64,000 nt of DNA from an uncultured Verrucomicrobiae bacterium (GTDB lineage: Bacteria; Verrucomicrobiota; Verrucomicrobiia; Chthoniobacterales; UBA10450): positions 1 to 64,000 of the forward strand of contig CAVWPA010000002.1 of the NCBI GenBank assembly GCA_963756875.1, in the 5' to 3' direction. Below are positions 22,063 through 37,809 of the stretch, in pieces. Under the pieces are notes generated by a model. That model was not told where the DNA came from. It ran no database searches and worked only from the letters and a program-made list of their open reading frames with translations. Position 1 is the stretch's first letter. Every line of letters begins with the position of its first letter. The position numbers and the translations under genes were made by a program.

Positions 22063-22134
22063 CAGCGCGTACGGGAGTCGAACCCGTGCACCAGCCTTGA
22101 GAGGGCTGTGTCCTAACCACTAGACGAACGCGCC
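22063..22134 (-). tRNA. tRNA-Glu (CTC)
   Basis: Reverse complement GGCGCGTTCGTCTAGTGGTTAGGAC...CAGCC-CTCTCAA-GGCTG...GGTTCGACTCC...ACGCGCT cloverleaf. Confidence 0.95.
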
Positions 22135-22197
22135 ATTGTCGAACGCGGATAGAATAACTGCGCTCCTTTCACCGGCAAGCCGGCTTTGGGCGGGATG

Positions 22198-22713
22198 CTA
22201 TTTTTTTCCGTGCTTCTTATGCGAAGGGAACGGTGTCGGCGTCACGTCAACGGACGGCCGGACCCGCGCCTGGCTCAACAGGTCGAGATGCTCCTTTTTG
22301 ATTCGATCCAGATACGCTTTCAGCTTATCGCTGGAGGCCATAGCGCGCATTTTTCCGTAGTAAACATCGTAGTAATCGCGCAACCGTTCTCGTTTCTCCA
22401 AATCGGTCCGGGCAGCTCTGGCCGCCTTCTTGGCGGCAACGATCCCGGGATCGTTCGCCACGCGATTGGCCAATTCTCGCCACTGGGTGCGCAGCCGCAT
22501 TTCGTCGGCTTCCTTGCCTAACGAAGTCTGCTTGAAGATCTCGTCGATCTGCGACAATTCCGGAACACTCGGATCTGGAGTTGCCGTCGCGCGAGGCTCC
22601 TGGCCACTTGGCGTGGATTGCAGGCCGGCGTCGGTTGCTTCCTGTGCGCGCGACAAAATCGGTGCGCCGCTCAGCGCCGCGAGAATTATCAGGCGGACGA
22701 TTTTCGTTTTCAA
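22198..22713 (-). CDS. Hypothetical exported helical protein
   Basis: Signal-peptide-like KIVRLIILAALSGAPILSRAQE then charged helical region; start codon uncertain. Confidence 0.6.
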   Translation of the reverse strand: MKTKIVRLIILAALSGAPILSRAQEATDAGLQSTPSGQEPRATATPDPSVPELSQIDEIFKQTSLGKEADEMRLRTQWRELANRVANDPGIVAAKKAARAARTDLEKRERLRDYYDVYYGKMRAMASSDKLKAYLDRIKKEHLDLLSQARVRPSVDVTPTPFPSHKKHGKK

Positions 22714-22891
22714 TTCCTGGCAATGTAATCGGATTTCCAGACGCGAGAAGTCGCGATTTATGATAACTATCACGCGGAATCCGGGGGTGTAGCCTAGCTT
22801 GGCAGAACGGTCGCCACGGCGACAGGCCGTTTTTTCACTTTTCATATGCGATTCGTCGCGGGTCGTGATAGACATGCTGCGCGGATAAAAC

Positions 22892-22965
<74 letters not shown>

Positions 22966-23011
22966 TTTACACCTGCGCAAGCCGTAGCCAGTGCGCTGCA
23001 CCGGGCTTTCT

Positions 23012-23138
23012 GGGGAGCGCAGGCAGCTTGCCTGCTGTCGTCGGCAGCCTGCCGACGAATTTCTTTTCGGCAAGCTGCCGAAAATGACAGGTTAACCACG
23101 GCGAATCGTCGACGGCGGACTGGCAGCCTGTGCTCCCC
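23012..23138. repeat. Divergent REPIN-like inverted pair (GGGGAGCGCAGGC... / ...GCCTGTGCTCCCC)
   Basis: Terminal inverted repeats related to the RAYT-flanking REP. Confidence 0.6.
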
Positions 23139-23182
23139 AGAGCGGAACGAGCGTGCTCCACACGAATGCTTCGACGTTGACG

Positions 23183-27799
<4,617 letters not shown>

Positions 27800-27908
27800 G
27801 ATAGCCGGAAACTAAGCGACGTTTACGCCAATCATCAAGCAACAAATTAACGTATCATGATGCGTAGATGCGTCCGGATCAGAATCCGGAAGCACCAAAT
27901 CCCAATCA

Positions 27909-28547
27909 CCAAGCTCCAGGATAGGACAATTGTGGGGTAACCGTTCCGGTTGCCGTTTGAAGGGATCGGCAGGCGATGCGCCCGCCCTACAAATTGCGAG
28001 AACACGCCAAGCTCCAGGATAGGACAATTGTAGGGCAACCGCACCGGTTGCCGTTTGAAGGGATCGGCAGGCGATGCGCCCGCCCTACAAATTGCGAGAA
28101 CACGCCAAGCTCCAGGATAGGACAATTGTGGGGCAACCGCACCGGTTGCCGTTTGAAGGGATCGGCAGGCGATGCGCCCGCCCTACAAATTGCGAGAACA
28201 CGCCAAGCTCCAAGATAGGACAATTGTAGGGCAACCGCACCGGTTGCCGTTTGAAGGGATCGGCAGGCGATGCGCCCGCCCTACAAATTGCGAGAACACG
28301 CCAAGCTCCAGGATAGGACAATTGTGGGGTAACCGTTCCGGTTGCCGTTTGAAGGGATCGGCAGGCGATGCGCCCGCCCTACAAATTGCGAGAACACGCC
28401 AAGCTCCAGGATAGGACAATTGTGGGGCAACCGCACCGGTTGCCGTTTGAAGGGATCGGCAGGCGATGCGCCCGCCCTACAAATTGCGAGAACACGCCAA
28501 GCTCCAAGATAGGATAATTGTAGGGCAACCGCACCGGTTGCCGTTTG
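27909..28547. repeat. Tandem array of ~6.5 copies of a 98-bp unit containing an inverted GTAG-type REP pair
   Basis: Units start 27909, 28007, 28105, 28203, 28301, 28399, 28497; each has GT(A/G)GGGCAACCGCACCGGTTGCC and GGCAGGCGATGCGCCCGCCCTAC. Confidence 0.95.
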
Positions 28548-28627
28548 CTTGGGATTCGGAACTTCCATTCGCGCCGGAGCGCGAATGGTCGGCTTGCATA
28601 TCGCGTGGCAACCCAATTAGATAGGTA

Positions 28628-29866
28628 GTGATGGGAGCGATCCGGCTTCTTACGCTTCTCGACCGAGACCAGCGCAACACTTTTCTCGCTTGTTTTCTTG
28701 GCTGGACGCTTGATGCGTTCGATTTCTTTCTCCTCACCTTTGTGATCGTGCCGATGGCGCACGATTTCGGCACAAGCATCGCGGACCTTAGCTACGCGAT
28801 CACACTGACTCTGGCGATGCGGCCGATCGGCGCGTTCATCTTCGGACTGCTTGGCGATCGTTTCGGACGGCGCCTTCCGCTGATGATCGACATCGTTTTT
28901 TATTCGTTGATGGAATTGCTCACCGCGTTCGCGCCGAATTATACGACGCTCCTGATTTTCCGGGCGCTCTACGGCATCGGCATGGGCGGTGAATGGGGCC
29001 TGGGCGCTTCCCTCGCCATGGAATCTCTGCCGACCGAGTCGCGCGGATTGTTTTCAGGAATTTTGCAGCAGGGTTATATGTTTGGTTACCTGTTCGCGGC
29101 GCTGGTCTACGGGATCGTATTCCCGTTTTTCGGCTGGCGCGGATTGTTTGTTGTCGGCGTCCTGCCGGCGCTTCTGGTGATCTTCATTCGCTCTCGGGTG
29201 CCCGAATCGCCGGCATGGTTGCGGCAGAAAGCCCGTACCGCCACCGACTTCTGGCGAAATCTCGCCAGGACCCTGAAAGAGCATTGGCTGCTCTTTTTAT
29301 ATATCATGCTGCTGATGGCTGCGTTCAACGCCATGTCGCACGGGACGCAGGACCAGTATCAAACGTTCCTGGGGCAGCAGCGCGGTCTCAGCGTCGGTCA
29401 AAAGTCCACCATTGGAATTATTTATGCCATCGGTGCGATCTGCGGTGGGGTGATCTTCGGTCACTTCTCCCAGAAATTCGGGCGCCGCCGTTTGATCATC
29501 GTCGCTGCGATTCTCGGGATCGTGCTGATTCCGGTTTGGGTCTTTTCGCCCAGTCTGACACTTCTGGTGATCGGCGGTTTCGGGATGCAATTCATGGTGC
29601 AAGGCGCATGGGGGATCGTTCCGGTGCATTTGAACGAACTTTCGCCGGGCGAATTGCGCGGAACGTTTCCCGGTTTCGCTTATCAGCTGGGGAACCTTCT
29701 GGCCGCGGACACGGCGGTCATCGAGGCGAAGATGGCGGACCATTTTCACACTGCCGCCGGCCAACCCGATTATGCCAAAGCGCTGGCCATCTTTGCATTC
29801 GTCATCTTTTTGGCCCTGATCGTGATCACGGCAGTCGGCCGGGAGCATCGGGGTAGAGAATTCTAG
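28628..29866 (+). CDS. MFS transporter (sialate/carboxylate:H+ symporter-like)
   Basis: GWTLDAFDFF, GDRFGRR, GMGGEWG, SHGTQD, AYQLGNL. Confidence 0.92.
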   Translation: MMGAIRLLTLLDRDQRNTFLACFLGWTLDAFDFFLLTFVIVPMAHDFGTSIADLSYAITLTLAMRPIGAFIFGLLGDRFGRRLPLMIDIVFYSLMELLTAFAPNYTTLLIFRALYGIGMGGEWGLGASLAMESLPTESRGLFSGILQQGYMFGYLFAALVYGIVFPFFGWRGLFVVGVLPALLVIFIRSRVPESPAWLRQKARTATDFWRNLARTLKEHWLLFLYIMLLMAAFNAMSHGTQDQYQTFLGQQRGLSVGQKSTIGIIYAIGAICGGVIFGHFSQKFGRRRLIIVAAILGIVLIPVWVFSPSLTLLVIGGFGMQFMVQGAWGIVPVHLNELSPGELRGTFPGFAYQLGNLLAADTAVIEAKMADHFHTAAGQPDYAKALAIFAFVIFLALIVITAVGREHRGREF

Positions 29867-29906
29867 GCAGTAATAGTCATGCGCGTGCTGGCATACTAAT
29901 AGTCGG

Positions 29907-30578
29907 ATGGTGAGGATCGTTTCCATAAATGTCGGGCTGCCGCGCGAGGTCACCTGGCAAAACAAGGTCGTCACAACTGGAATCTTTAAGGAACCGGTCA
30001 ACGGCCGAATCATGTTGCGGACGTTGAACCTGGACGGCGATCGACAGGCCGATCTGACTGTTCATGGCGGAGTCGACAAAGCAGTTTATGCCTACCCGTC
30101 CGAGCATTACGACTATTGGCGAGCTGAGTTGCCGGGAACGAAGCTTCCATGGGGAATGTTCGGCGAAAATTTCACTATCGCGGGCCTTCTGGAGAAAGAC
30201 GCCTGTATTGGAGACAGGTTTCGAATCGGGGAATCTGAAGTCATCGTGACGGAACCGCGAATGCCTTGCTACAAATTGGGCATAAAATTTGGTCGCGCCG
30301 ATATTATTAAGCGGTTTTTAGCCAGCCAGCGTACCGGCTTTTATTTTTCGGTGGCGCGCGAGGGGATGGTGGAGGCCGGCGACGCCATGGAATTAGTGGG
30401 GCGCGAGCAGCAGGCGATCGGCGTGGCCGATATCACCCGTCTTTACGCGGTTGCGAGGGACGATCTCACGATGCTGCGGCGCGCAGTACAAGTCGAAGCG
30501 CTTCCGGAAAATTGGAAAGGTTATTTCCGGCATCAGATCGAGAAGCTAACCGGCGAATCTCCGGCCTCCGCGACCTGA
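29907..30578 (+). CDS. MOSC domain protein (YiiM-like)
   Basis: GDRQADLTVHGG, FGENFT, PRMPCYK, 3-alpha C-terminus. Confidence 0.9.
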   Translation: MVRIVSINVGLPREVTWQNKVVTTGIFKEPVNGRIMLRTLNLDGDRQADLTVHGGVDKAVYAYPSEHYDYWRAELPGTKLPWGMFGENFTIAGLLEKDACIGDRFRIGESEVIVTEPRMPCYKLGIKFGRADIIKRFLASQRTGFYFSVAREGMVEAGDAMELVGREQQAIGVADITRLYAVARDDLTMLRRAVQVEALPENWKGYFRHQIEKLTGESPASAT

Positions 30579-31859
30579 TTATTTCCGGTGCTCCGCGAGG
30601 ATCTTCGCGAAACGCCAGACTTCGTGAAACGTGTTGTAGAGCGGCGTCGGCGCGGCGCGGATGACGTTCGGTTCGCGGAAATCGCATTTTACGCCGGCGG
30701 CTTCGAGTTTTTTGAATAATTCCTTCGGATTCTCGTGCGCCTGGATCGATAACTGGCAGCCGCGCGCATCCGTTTGCGAAGGAGTGATGATACTGAAGGC
30801 CGGGCCGGACGGGCGATTGGGCTCCAGCAGGAATTGGAGATAGCCCGTCAGCCTGATCGACTTTGCGCGCAAAGGTTCCATCCCTCCGGCGTCGTCGAAG
30901 ACTGCCAAAGAGGCGCGCAGCGAGGCCATGGAAAAAATCGGCGGGTTGCTGATCTGCCACGCGTCCGCGGAAGGAACGGGGATGAAGTCTGGTTCGAGAT
31001 GTAAACGGAACCGGGTATTCGGATCGTTTCCAAACCAACCTGCAAATCGCGGCAGTTCGGTGTTCGTGGCGTGTCTTTCGTGAACAAACGCGCCCGCCAC
31101 GGCGCCGGGGCCGCCGTTGAGATATTTATAAGAACACCACACGGCGAAATCGACGTTCCAATCGTGCAACGCAAGCGGCACGTTGCCGACCGCGTGCGCG
31201 AGATCGATTCCGACCGTAACGCCGCGCTTTTGCGCCGCGGCGGTGATTTTTGGGATATCGAACAGCTGACCGGTAAAAAAATTCACGCCGCCGATCATTA
31301 CCAGCGCAAGCCGATCGGCATTGTTCTCGATGAGATCGATCATCTCCTCGGTCCGAACCGTGAACTCGCCTTTGCGCGGTTGCGCGAGGATCAGCGCCCC
31401 GTTCGGTTCCAATCCGTGATGAGCGATCTGCGATTTGATCGCGTACGTGTCGGATGGGAAGGCGGGATCTTCCATCAGGATTTTGAATCGCTTTTTCGTC
31501 GGTCGATAAAACGTGGCCATCATCAGGTGAAGGTTCACCGTCAGGCTGTTCATGCAGATCACTTCGACCGGTTTTGCGCCGACGAGTCGCGCCGTCGGCT
31601 CGCGCAGCGTTTCATGATAAGTGTACCACGGCGTCGCGGCTTTAAGATGCGCGTCCACGCCCAGCTTCGCCCAGTCGTCCAGGTCCTGTTCGACGAATTG
31701 TCTCGCTGTTTTGGGCATCAGACCGAGCGAGTTGCCCGCAAAATAGATGAGCGGGTTGCCCTCCTTGCCTAACGGAAGATGAAAACGGTCGCGGAACTTA
31801 CGGAGCGGGTCCTCGGCATCCAGTTTAAGCGCGAAGGCCTCGTCAGCGGAGAAGTGCAT
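30579..31859 (-). CDS. kynU: Kynureninase
   Basis: YFAGNSLGL, NSLTVNLHL, DLAHAVGN, WCSYKYLNGGPG. Confidence 0.95.
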   Translation of the reverse strand: MHFSADEAFALKLDAEDPLRKFRDRFHLPLGKEGNPLIYFAGNSLGLMPKTARQFVEQDLDDWAKLGVDAHLKAATPWYTYHETLREPTARLVGAKPVEVICMNSLTVNLHLMMATFYRPTKKRFKILMEDPAFPSDTYAIKSQIAHHGLEPNGALILAQPRKGEFTVRTEEMIDLIENNADRLALVMIGGVNFFTGQLFDIPKITAAAQKRGVTVGIDLAHAVGNVPLALHDWNVDFAVWCSYKYLNGGPGAVAGAFVHERHATNTELPRFAGWFGNDPNTRFRLHLEPDFIPVPSADAWQISNPPIFSMASLRASLAVFDDAGGMEPLRAKSIRLTGYLQFLLEPNRPSGPAFSIITPSQTDARGCQLSIQAHENPKELFKKLEAAGVKCDFREPNVIRAAPTPLYNTFHEVWRFAKILAEHRK

Positions 31860-32164
31860 CTTTATAAAGTCGGCGGCAAACGTTCAACCCGCCTACGCCA
31901 AAAGTTCCGGCGTGGCAAGCGCTCAACGTTGCCTTCACGATCGACGTTTGGCACGACCATGGCACAATTCGCACTCGATATCGCGTGATCGATTTGAGAC
32001 TACGACGGCAATTGCCTGCGATGCGACCCGCCACGACCATTCTCTGTCGTTTAATCGCCCCTGTAATGTGTGCCACCGCGCAAAAGAATCCCGCAACGCC
32101 CCAGACGCAAAAGAAACGCACGCGCGGGCTATCACCGCTTGCATGCGCAACTAATATTAATTAG

Positions 32165-35100
32165 CTAGAAATCTACGCGCAGGCCGCCGCTGACGGCGTT
32201 GCTGTCGTAATTGCTGCGGCCGATGACTCCATCGTAGTAAACGTAAGTGGAGAAGCGATTGTTCCATTGCATGTTCACGCCCGCGCCCACCAGCGCGGCG
32301 TCGCGACCAATATCGGGTCCGCGCACGCGGAAGATACCGCCCGCGCCCGAGGCGAGCTGCGAATCAATCTGGTAAGCTTGATCGCAATATTCATGTTGCC
32401 AGGCGGCGCGCAGTTCGGGGCGGAAGATGGCGTGGCCAGCTTTGATGTCGTAGGAAGCGTGCAGTCCGGTGGTGGCCCGGAACGAATTCTCATCCTGGTT
32501 CTCAATGATCAACGGCGCGAGCGAACCGGTTTCGGTGAACCGGTCGATGCCGACATTGGTGTACTGCACCGTTGACCAGGTCCCGATGTTAAAGCAGCCA
32601 AAGGTCCAATCCGAACCGTAAGCGATGAAGGCGTTGAACTCGCTGCCGCCGGTGCTGCCGCGGACCGCTTCATCCTGGAGTCCGGTCCGGCGCGTGTCGT
32701 AACTGTTCCAGCCGCCGCCCACTCCGCCATCGACATAGAATGTGCTGCCGAAAAGTCCTTTGCCGAAAACCGTGGCATACGCTCCGACCTTCCCGCCATC
32801 AACGTCCACTCTTCCGTCACCGACCAGGTCGGCCGTGCTGCGGGAGTAACCGGCATCAACGCCAAGGGCGAAGTGATCGCAGAGCCGGTAATCGGCGCCC
32901 ACGGTGAAGTCGCCGGTTGTGATGTCGTAACCGCGCGCGTTGAGGTCGTCGTTACCCACGTTGACGAAATCGCCCGTGCCGGTGACGAACACGCCCCAGC
33001 GGTTGTCCGGTGCAGGAGTATAAACGTCCCGTGTGCTCTTATCCGGGAGCGACGCTTTGCCGTCGGAGTCTTTACTGTAATCTTTTCCGCTCACTTGCGG
33101 CACGAACCCGTTGGCGCAAAAACCATTGGAGCCGGCGCGAATGTCGTCCATGCGCCGTTGCAGGTTGTTGTTTTGCACAACCGCCTGAGAGAACCCGATC
33201 TCATAAATCGATGCCAGTTCCTCCGGCGCGATCAGGTCGTAGTCAGCCGGCAGATTGGCCAGTGGTTCTTGACCGAGAAAATTGATCAAGTTCGCCGCGG
33301 CTGGATCGTTCGCCGCAATATTCAGATTGAAGGCGACTGATTTCTGATTCGGTGTCAGACCGCCGATGTTGAACGAGCCCAATTGAAAGATGAGATAGAC
33401 ATCGTTGGCCTCATCATAATGCACGACCGGTTGCAGTAGTCCCAGGAAAGTGCTCGTGACTGTGTCAAACGTTCCGGTGTGTCCGCCGTTATCGGTGAGG
33501 AAGGTTACGCGATCGCCCTTCATGGGCATAAAGTTATTGAGCCGCAAGACTTGGAGAGTGCCATCCAGCGTGGCGCTGCCGCCGACAAAGAGGAGGTCGT
33601 GTTGGCCGCCGGGCAGTCCCGCGACCTCAATCCGTAAAGTGCCGATGCTGTTTTGCGAGTAATTGCCGTTGATGGTCAACGTGCCAGGCGAATCACCGGG
33701 ACTGACGATACCGTCACTAATGACATTGCCACCGATCGTGCCCACGCCGCCGAGCAGCCCATTCGGGTTAACGGTGGTGGAGCTGCTGGCAATTGAGCCA
33801 TCCACGATCAACGAGCCGGCATCGACGAAAGTATCGCCTCCGTAAGTGTTCGTATTAGTCAAAACGATTGCCCCCGTGCCAATCTTCGACACTCCACCTG
33901 ACCCGCTGAAAACGCCGCTCAAGGTGGAATTGAATCCGTTGGAATCCAAAATGACGCCGCCAGTTTGAACCGACCCGTTATTAGTCAACGTGGTGTCGGC
34001 AATTGTTTTGAGCTTGCCGCCGTCGTACTCAATCCCGAGCGGGTTGGTGACCGTTATCACGGGATTTACGCCGATTTCCAACGTCCCCGTGGACAAGACA
34101 ACCAGTCTGTTTGAATTGACAATCCCGCCATTGAGAACGCGCAGCACGCCAGTGCCATGTGGTCCGGTGCCGTCACCGCCTACGAAAAAGTTTCCGCCAA
34201 GCTGCAAGGTGGAGGCCCCGCCCGCGCCATTAACGACGGCCAAACCAGTTGATCCATCCCCTTGAGCAATAAAGGCGTCGAAGCCGGTGAAGGTGCCACC
34301 ACTAAGGATGTTCAGGGTGCCGTTCGAACCGGCAAGCACACCGATCGAGGCACGATCTGATCCGATCATATTGACAATGCCCCCATTCTGAATGGTCAGC
34401 GTGCCAGTGCCGGCCCGAGCAACGTCAAGCTCGTTAGCCAATCTCCAAGTTGAGCCCGCTCCATCCACTGTAACTGTCCCAGTGGAGGTCGCATGCTCAG
34501 CGATTCTGGCAAAGGATCCGTTAACCATAACGGTTCCGCCATTGGTGATGTCGAGGGTACCGTGACCGTCTAAACCAATATCAAGACTACCGCTGTTTGT
34601 CCATGTCGATCCCGTGCCATCGATCGTTGCTGCGCCAGAACCCGTATTATGCCCGATGTAGCCGTTGGTATTTGAGAGCCCGCCGCCACTATTAATATTT
34701 AAGGTAGCGGTGCCATCAGCGCCGACGTCGAGATCGCCGGTATTCGTCCAGGAGGAACCTGATCCAGTGATCGTCACTATACCGGTGGATGTGAGGAAAT
34801 TGCTAATAATAGAGGTACCAACGCTAGTGACAACGCCTCCACTGATTATATCAAGTGTACCGGAGCCGGCGTTACCGACAGCAACAGATCCGTTGTTAGT
34901 CCAAGTCGAGCCTGTTCCACTAACGGTCACTGCGCCGGACCCCGTGGCGTAACCAATGGTGCCGTTGCTATCCGAAACCGTGCCGCCATTCGTAATTTGA
35001 AGCGTGCCGGAGCCGTCCAGACCAACGTTGACATGATTGCTATTGGTCCAGCTCGAACCGGTGCCATCAACCGTTACCATACCAATTGCGTTTGACCCAT

Positions 35101-36257
35101 TACCGATTTCTCCAACCGTACTCGAAACTGCGCCGGCATGGTAATGTTGAGCGTGCCGGTGCCGCTGTCTACGGTAACACTGCCGCTGTTGGTCCATTCG
35201 AGAGATCGTTATCAACTGTTACACTGCCGTTGGAGCCCGTGGAAAATCCGATATCGCCGTCCGTGTCCGAAACCTTCGCGCCACTCTGGATGTCGAGCGT
35301 GCCGGTGCCGCCGTATCCGACGTAGAGCGCGCCGGAATTGGTCCACGACGCTACGACGCTTGTGACAGTAGCCGCGCCGTTCGATCCCGCGTTGTATCCA
35401 ATGTACCAATCGTGTTCGAGACCGTGCCACCATTGTGATATTGAAAGTGCCGGTGCTGCCGGTTGACCACCCCAATCGTCAACGTAGCACTATTAGTCCA
35501 AGTCGAGCCAACACCATCGACATTGACGGTCGCGACCGGGGTAAAATTGCCGCTAAGAAAAGTAGCGCCGCCAAGATAAGCATCCGCATCGGAAACGGCG
35601 CCGTGATTTTGAATATTGAGCGTGCCATTACCCTCGAAGCCGACAAGCAATTGGCCACTGATCGTCCAGCTCGAGCCAGTTCCGTTAATGGTGGCGATGC
35701 CGACGGCACTACTCGCATCGCCAATAACGCCGCTAAACGATGAAACGACCCCGCCGGCTGTTGCACTCAAATTACCGTTGCCACCCTCTCCCACGGAGAT
35801 GAGGTCAATAGCCGCCGAAAAACTGGACCCTGCTCCGTCCACCGACAACAAACCGGTCGAGCCCATATCTGTCGCAATTCGTGTAGTCCGGGCCGTAACC
35901 TTGCCGCCGCTTGTAACATTAATGGTACCGTTGCCAGAAAAACCCATGTCAACGACGTTGGGAATATTCAACGTGCCGGCGCCGGTGACCGAAATTGTGC
36001 CGGACGTTCCAACAGTCATGCCCAATTCCATAATATTAGCCGTGGCTCCGGCTGCGGCGACCTGGGCGGTGCCACCATTATCGATAATCGCAGTGTCTCC
36101 AGGCCCAGCCGTGGGCACTCCGGCCGACCAGTTGCCGGGCGTGAACCAGTCGCCGGTCCCGTCCTGCCAGATAGTTTGTCCAAAGATTGGCGAAACCAGA
36201 AATGTGATGGCGCCGAAAAACAATGCGACGGCGACTTCGCAGATGACGTGATTTCAT
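32165..36257 (-). CDS. Autotransporter with repetitive Gly/Thr/Asn passenger domain; frameshifts near 35140-35480 and in the signal region
   Basis: Repeated GTGSxWTNxxxLxVGxxGxGTLxI units, KIGTGAIVLTNTNTYGG strand repeat, SPGDSPGTL, C-terminal barrel ending VDF. Confidence 0.88.
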
Positions 36258-36630
36258 GGGTTTGTTTCTCCTGATGCTCGGTCGGACGGATAACGGCCAT
36301 TCAATTCGAAAACGAGCCAATGTCGAGTTGAAAATATGAATGAAACGATAAGGCTGCGCTTTTCGCATTACACGACGAATAAAGAGGAAATTGCTCGAGC
36401 GCCGGTCGCCCGCTTTTAAGCGCCGGCGATTTCCAAAAAACTTTGCAAGCTTCATTCTTTACCATGTTGTGTCTTTATCTTTATGACATTGTCTGAGCGC
36501 GAGAGGGACAAAGAATCCACAGCGATTATGGTTACGATTCCGAAAGCTCGCGATCGAGAGCCGCAATCGCTGGCGGAGAATTTATTTTTCGCAGCATCAA
36601 CCGCGCGCGGACCGTGCGCTCCCCAATGCC

Positions 36631-37092
36631 TTAACCGTCCGTGCGCGGGATCTGCATGAATTCAATCGTTGTTCCGTCGGGGTCGCGAACATAGACGACC
36701 CGTTTTCCGGCGTTCGGGCCTGATTGCAGAGTTTGCGGTTTACCGGCGGCTTTCCAACCCGAATCAACAACGCGTTCCAAAACGGCGTCGAGATCGTCAA
36801 CCGTCAGCGCGACGTGGACCGATCCGACATCGCATGGCCGCAGATCGGCACGTTTCCGATCTGGCGGCGCGAGATACTCGAGCAACTCGATTTTGTGTCC
36901 ACCGGGCGCTTTCAGAACAGCAAGTTTGATCTCGGCGCCGGCAACGCCGGTGATTTCGCTCGCCATCTCACCCGTTTGATGCGCCCGATGCGAAAGCTCG
37001 AAGCCGAGGACATCCTGCCAAAAGGCGAGGGAGCGCTCAAGATTCGCGACGGTGATGCCGGTGTGGTCGGTGGCGATGATGCGGAATGGCAT
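36631..37092 (-). CDS. VOC/glyoxalase family protein
   Basis: DHTGITVANL, IELLEY, HVALTV, RDPDGTTIEF. Confidence 0.9.
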   Translation of the reverse strand: MPFRIIATDHTGITVANLERSLAFWQDVLGFELSHRAHQTGEMASEITGVAGAEIKLAVLKAPGGHKIELLEYLAPPDRKRADLRPCDVGSVHVALTVDDLDAVLERVVDSGWKAAGKPQTLQSGPNAGKRVVYVRDPDGTTIEFMQIPRTDG

Positions 37093-37324
37093 ATTCGGAA
37101 AACGTCCAACGCTCAACTCCGAAAGTCTTCGCGAGCAGGCTGTCCAACACGGAATTCAGAGAAAATAAAGGAAATGATCCGCCAAACACGCCAAATGACG
37201 CTAAAAAAAAGGACTGGTGCCGGACTTCTAAGCCATGGCTCTGAACCTTTCGCGTTTTTGGCGTGTTTGGCGGATCCTCTTCGGTTGTAGGGGGAGCCGC
37301 CCTGGCTAATCAATAGTGGACTAT

Positions 37325-37750
37325 TTATCCCACCGCGGCGATCACCTTTAACTCGATGGCGATCGGAGTCGGCAGCGCGCCCACTTCGATCGTGGTGCGT
37401 GTCGGATTTGGTTTGCCGGAGCCGGCAAAATATTCGGCGTAAAGCCGGTTGAAGGCTGGAAAATCGTTTTTCATGTCGGTGAGGAAAACGGTGACATCGA
37501 TAATGTCCTGCCAGGTTGCGCCGGCGTCTTCGAGCACGAGCCGGACATTTTCGAACACCGCGCGGCATTGCGTTTCGATGTCGTAGCTGGCGACGTTGCC
37601 GGCGCCATCGAGTGTGACGCCGGGAATTTCTTTGCTGCCGCGCGAGCGCGGACCGATGCCGGAAAGAAAGAGGAGATTGCCGACGCGCTTTGCATGCGGA
37701 AAGGCGCCGACAGGCTCGGGTGCGCGCGAACTCTCAAATGACTTGCCCAT
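37325..37750 (-). CDS. RidA family protein (2-aminomuconate deaminase-like)
   Basis: LFLSGIGPR, DVTVFLTDM, PTRTTIEV, PIAIELK; same-strand neighbours include kynU and an aminomuconate-semialdehyde DH-like gene. Confidence 0.85.
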   Translation of the reverse strand: MGKSFESSRAPEPVGAFPHAKRVGNLLFLSGIGPRSRGSKEIPGVTLDGAGNVASYDIETQCRAVFENVRLVLEDAGATWQDIIDVTVFLTDMKNDFPAFNRLYAEYFAGSGKPNPTRTTIEVGALPTPIAIELKVIAAVG

Positions 37751-37809
37751 AAATCTATTTGTAACCGCGGATTACGCGGATGAACACGGATTTTTTACTG
37801 GTGCTTTTG

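Noticed and set aside
27909..28547. Possible CRISPR array
   Set aside because: Whole 98-bp units repeat with no unique spacers and no cas genes in the window
27812..28779. Repeated small ORFs (MSYPGAWRVLAIC...)
   Set aside because: Translations of the tandem repeat, no coding evidence
35130..35480. Phase-variable frameshift in the autotransporter
   Set aside because: No homopolymer or SSR tract at the breaks; looks like a local patch of indel errors
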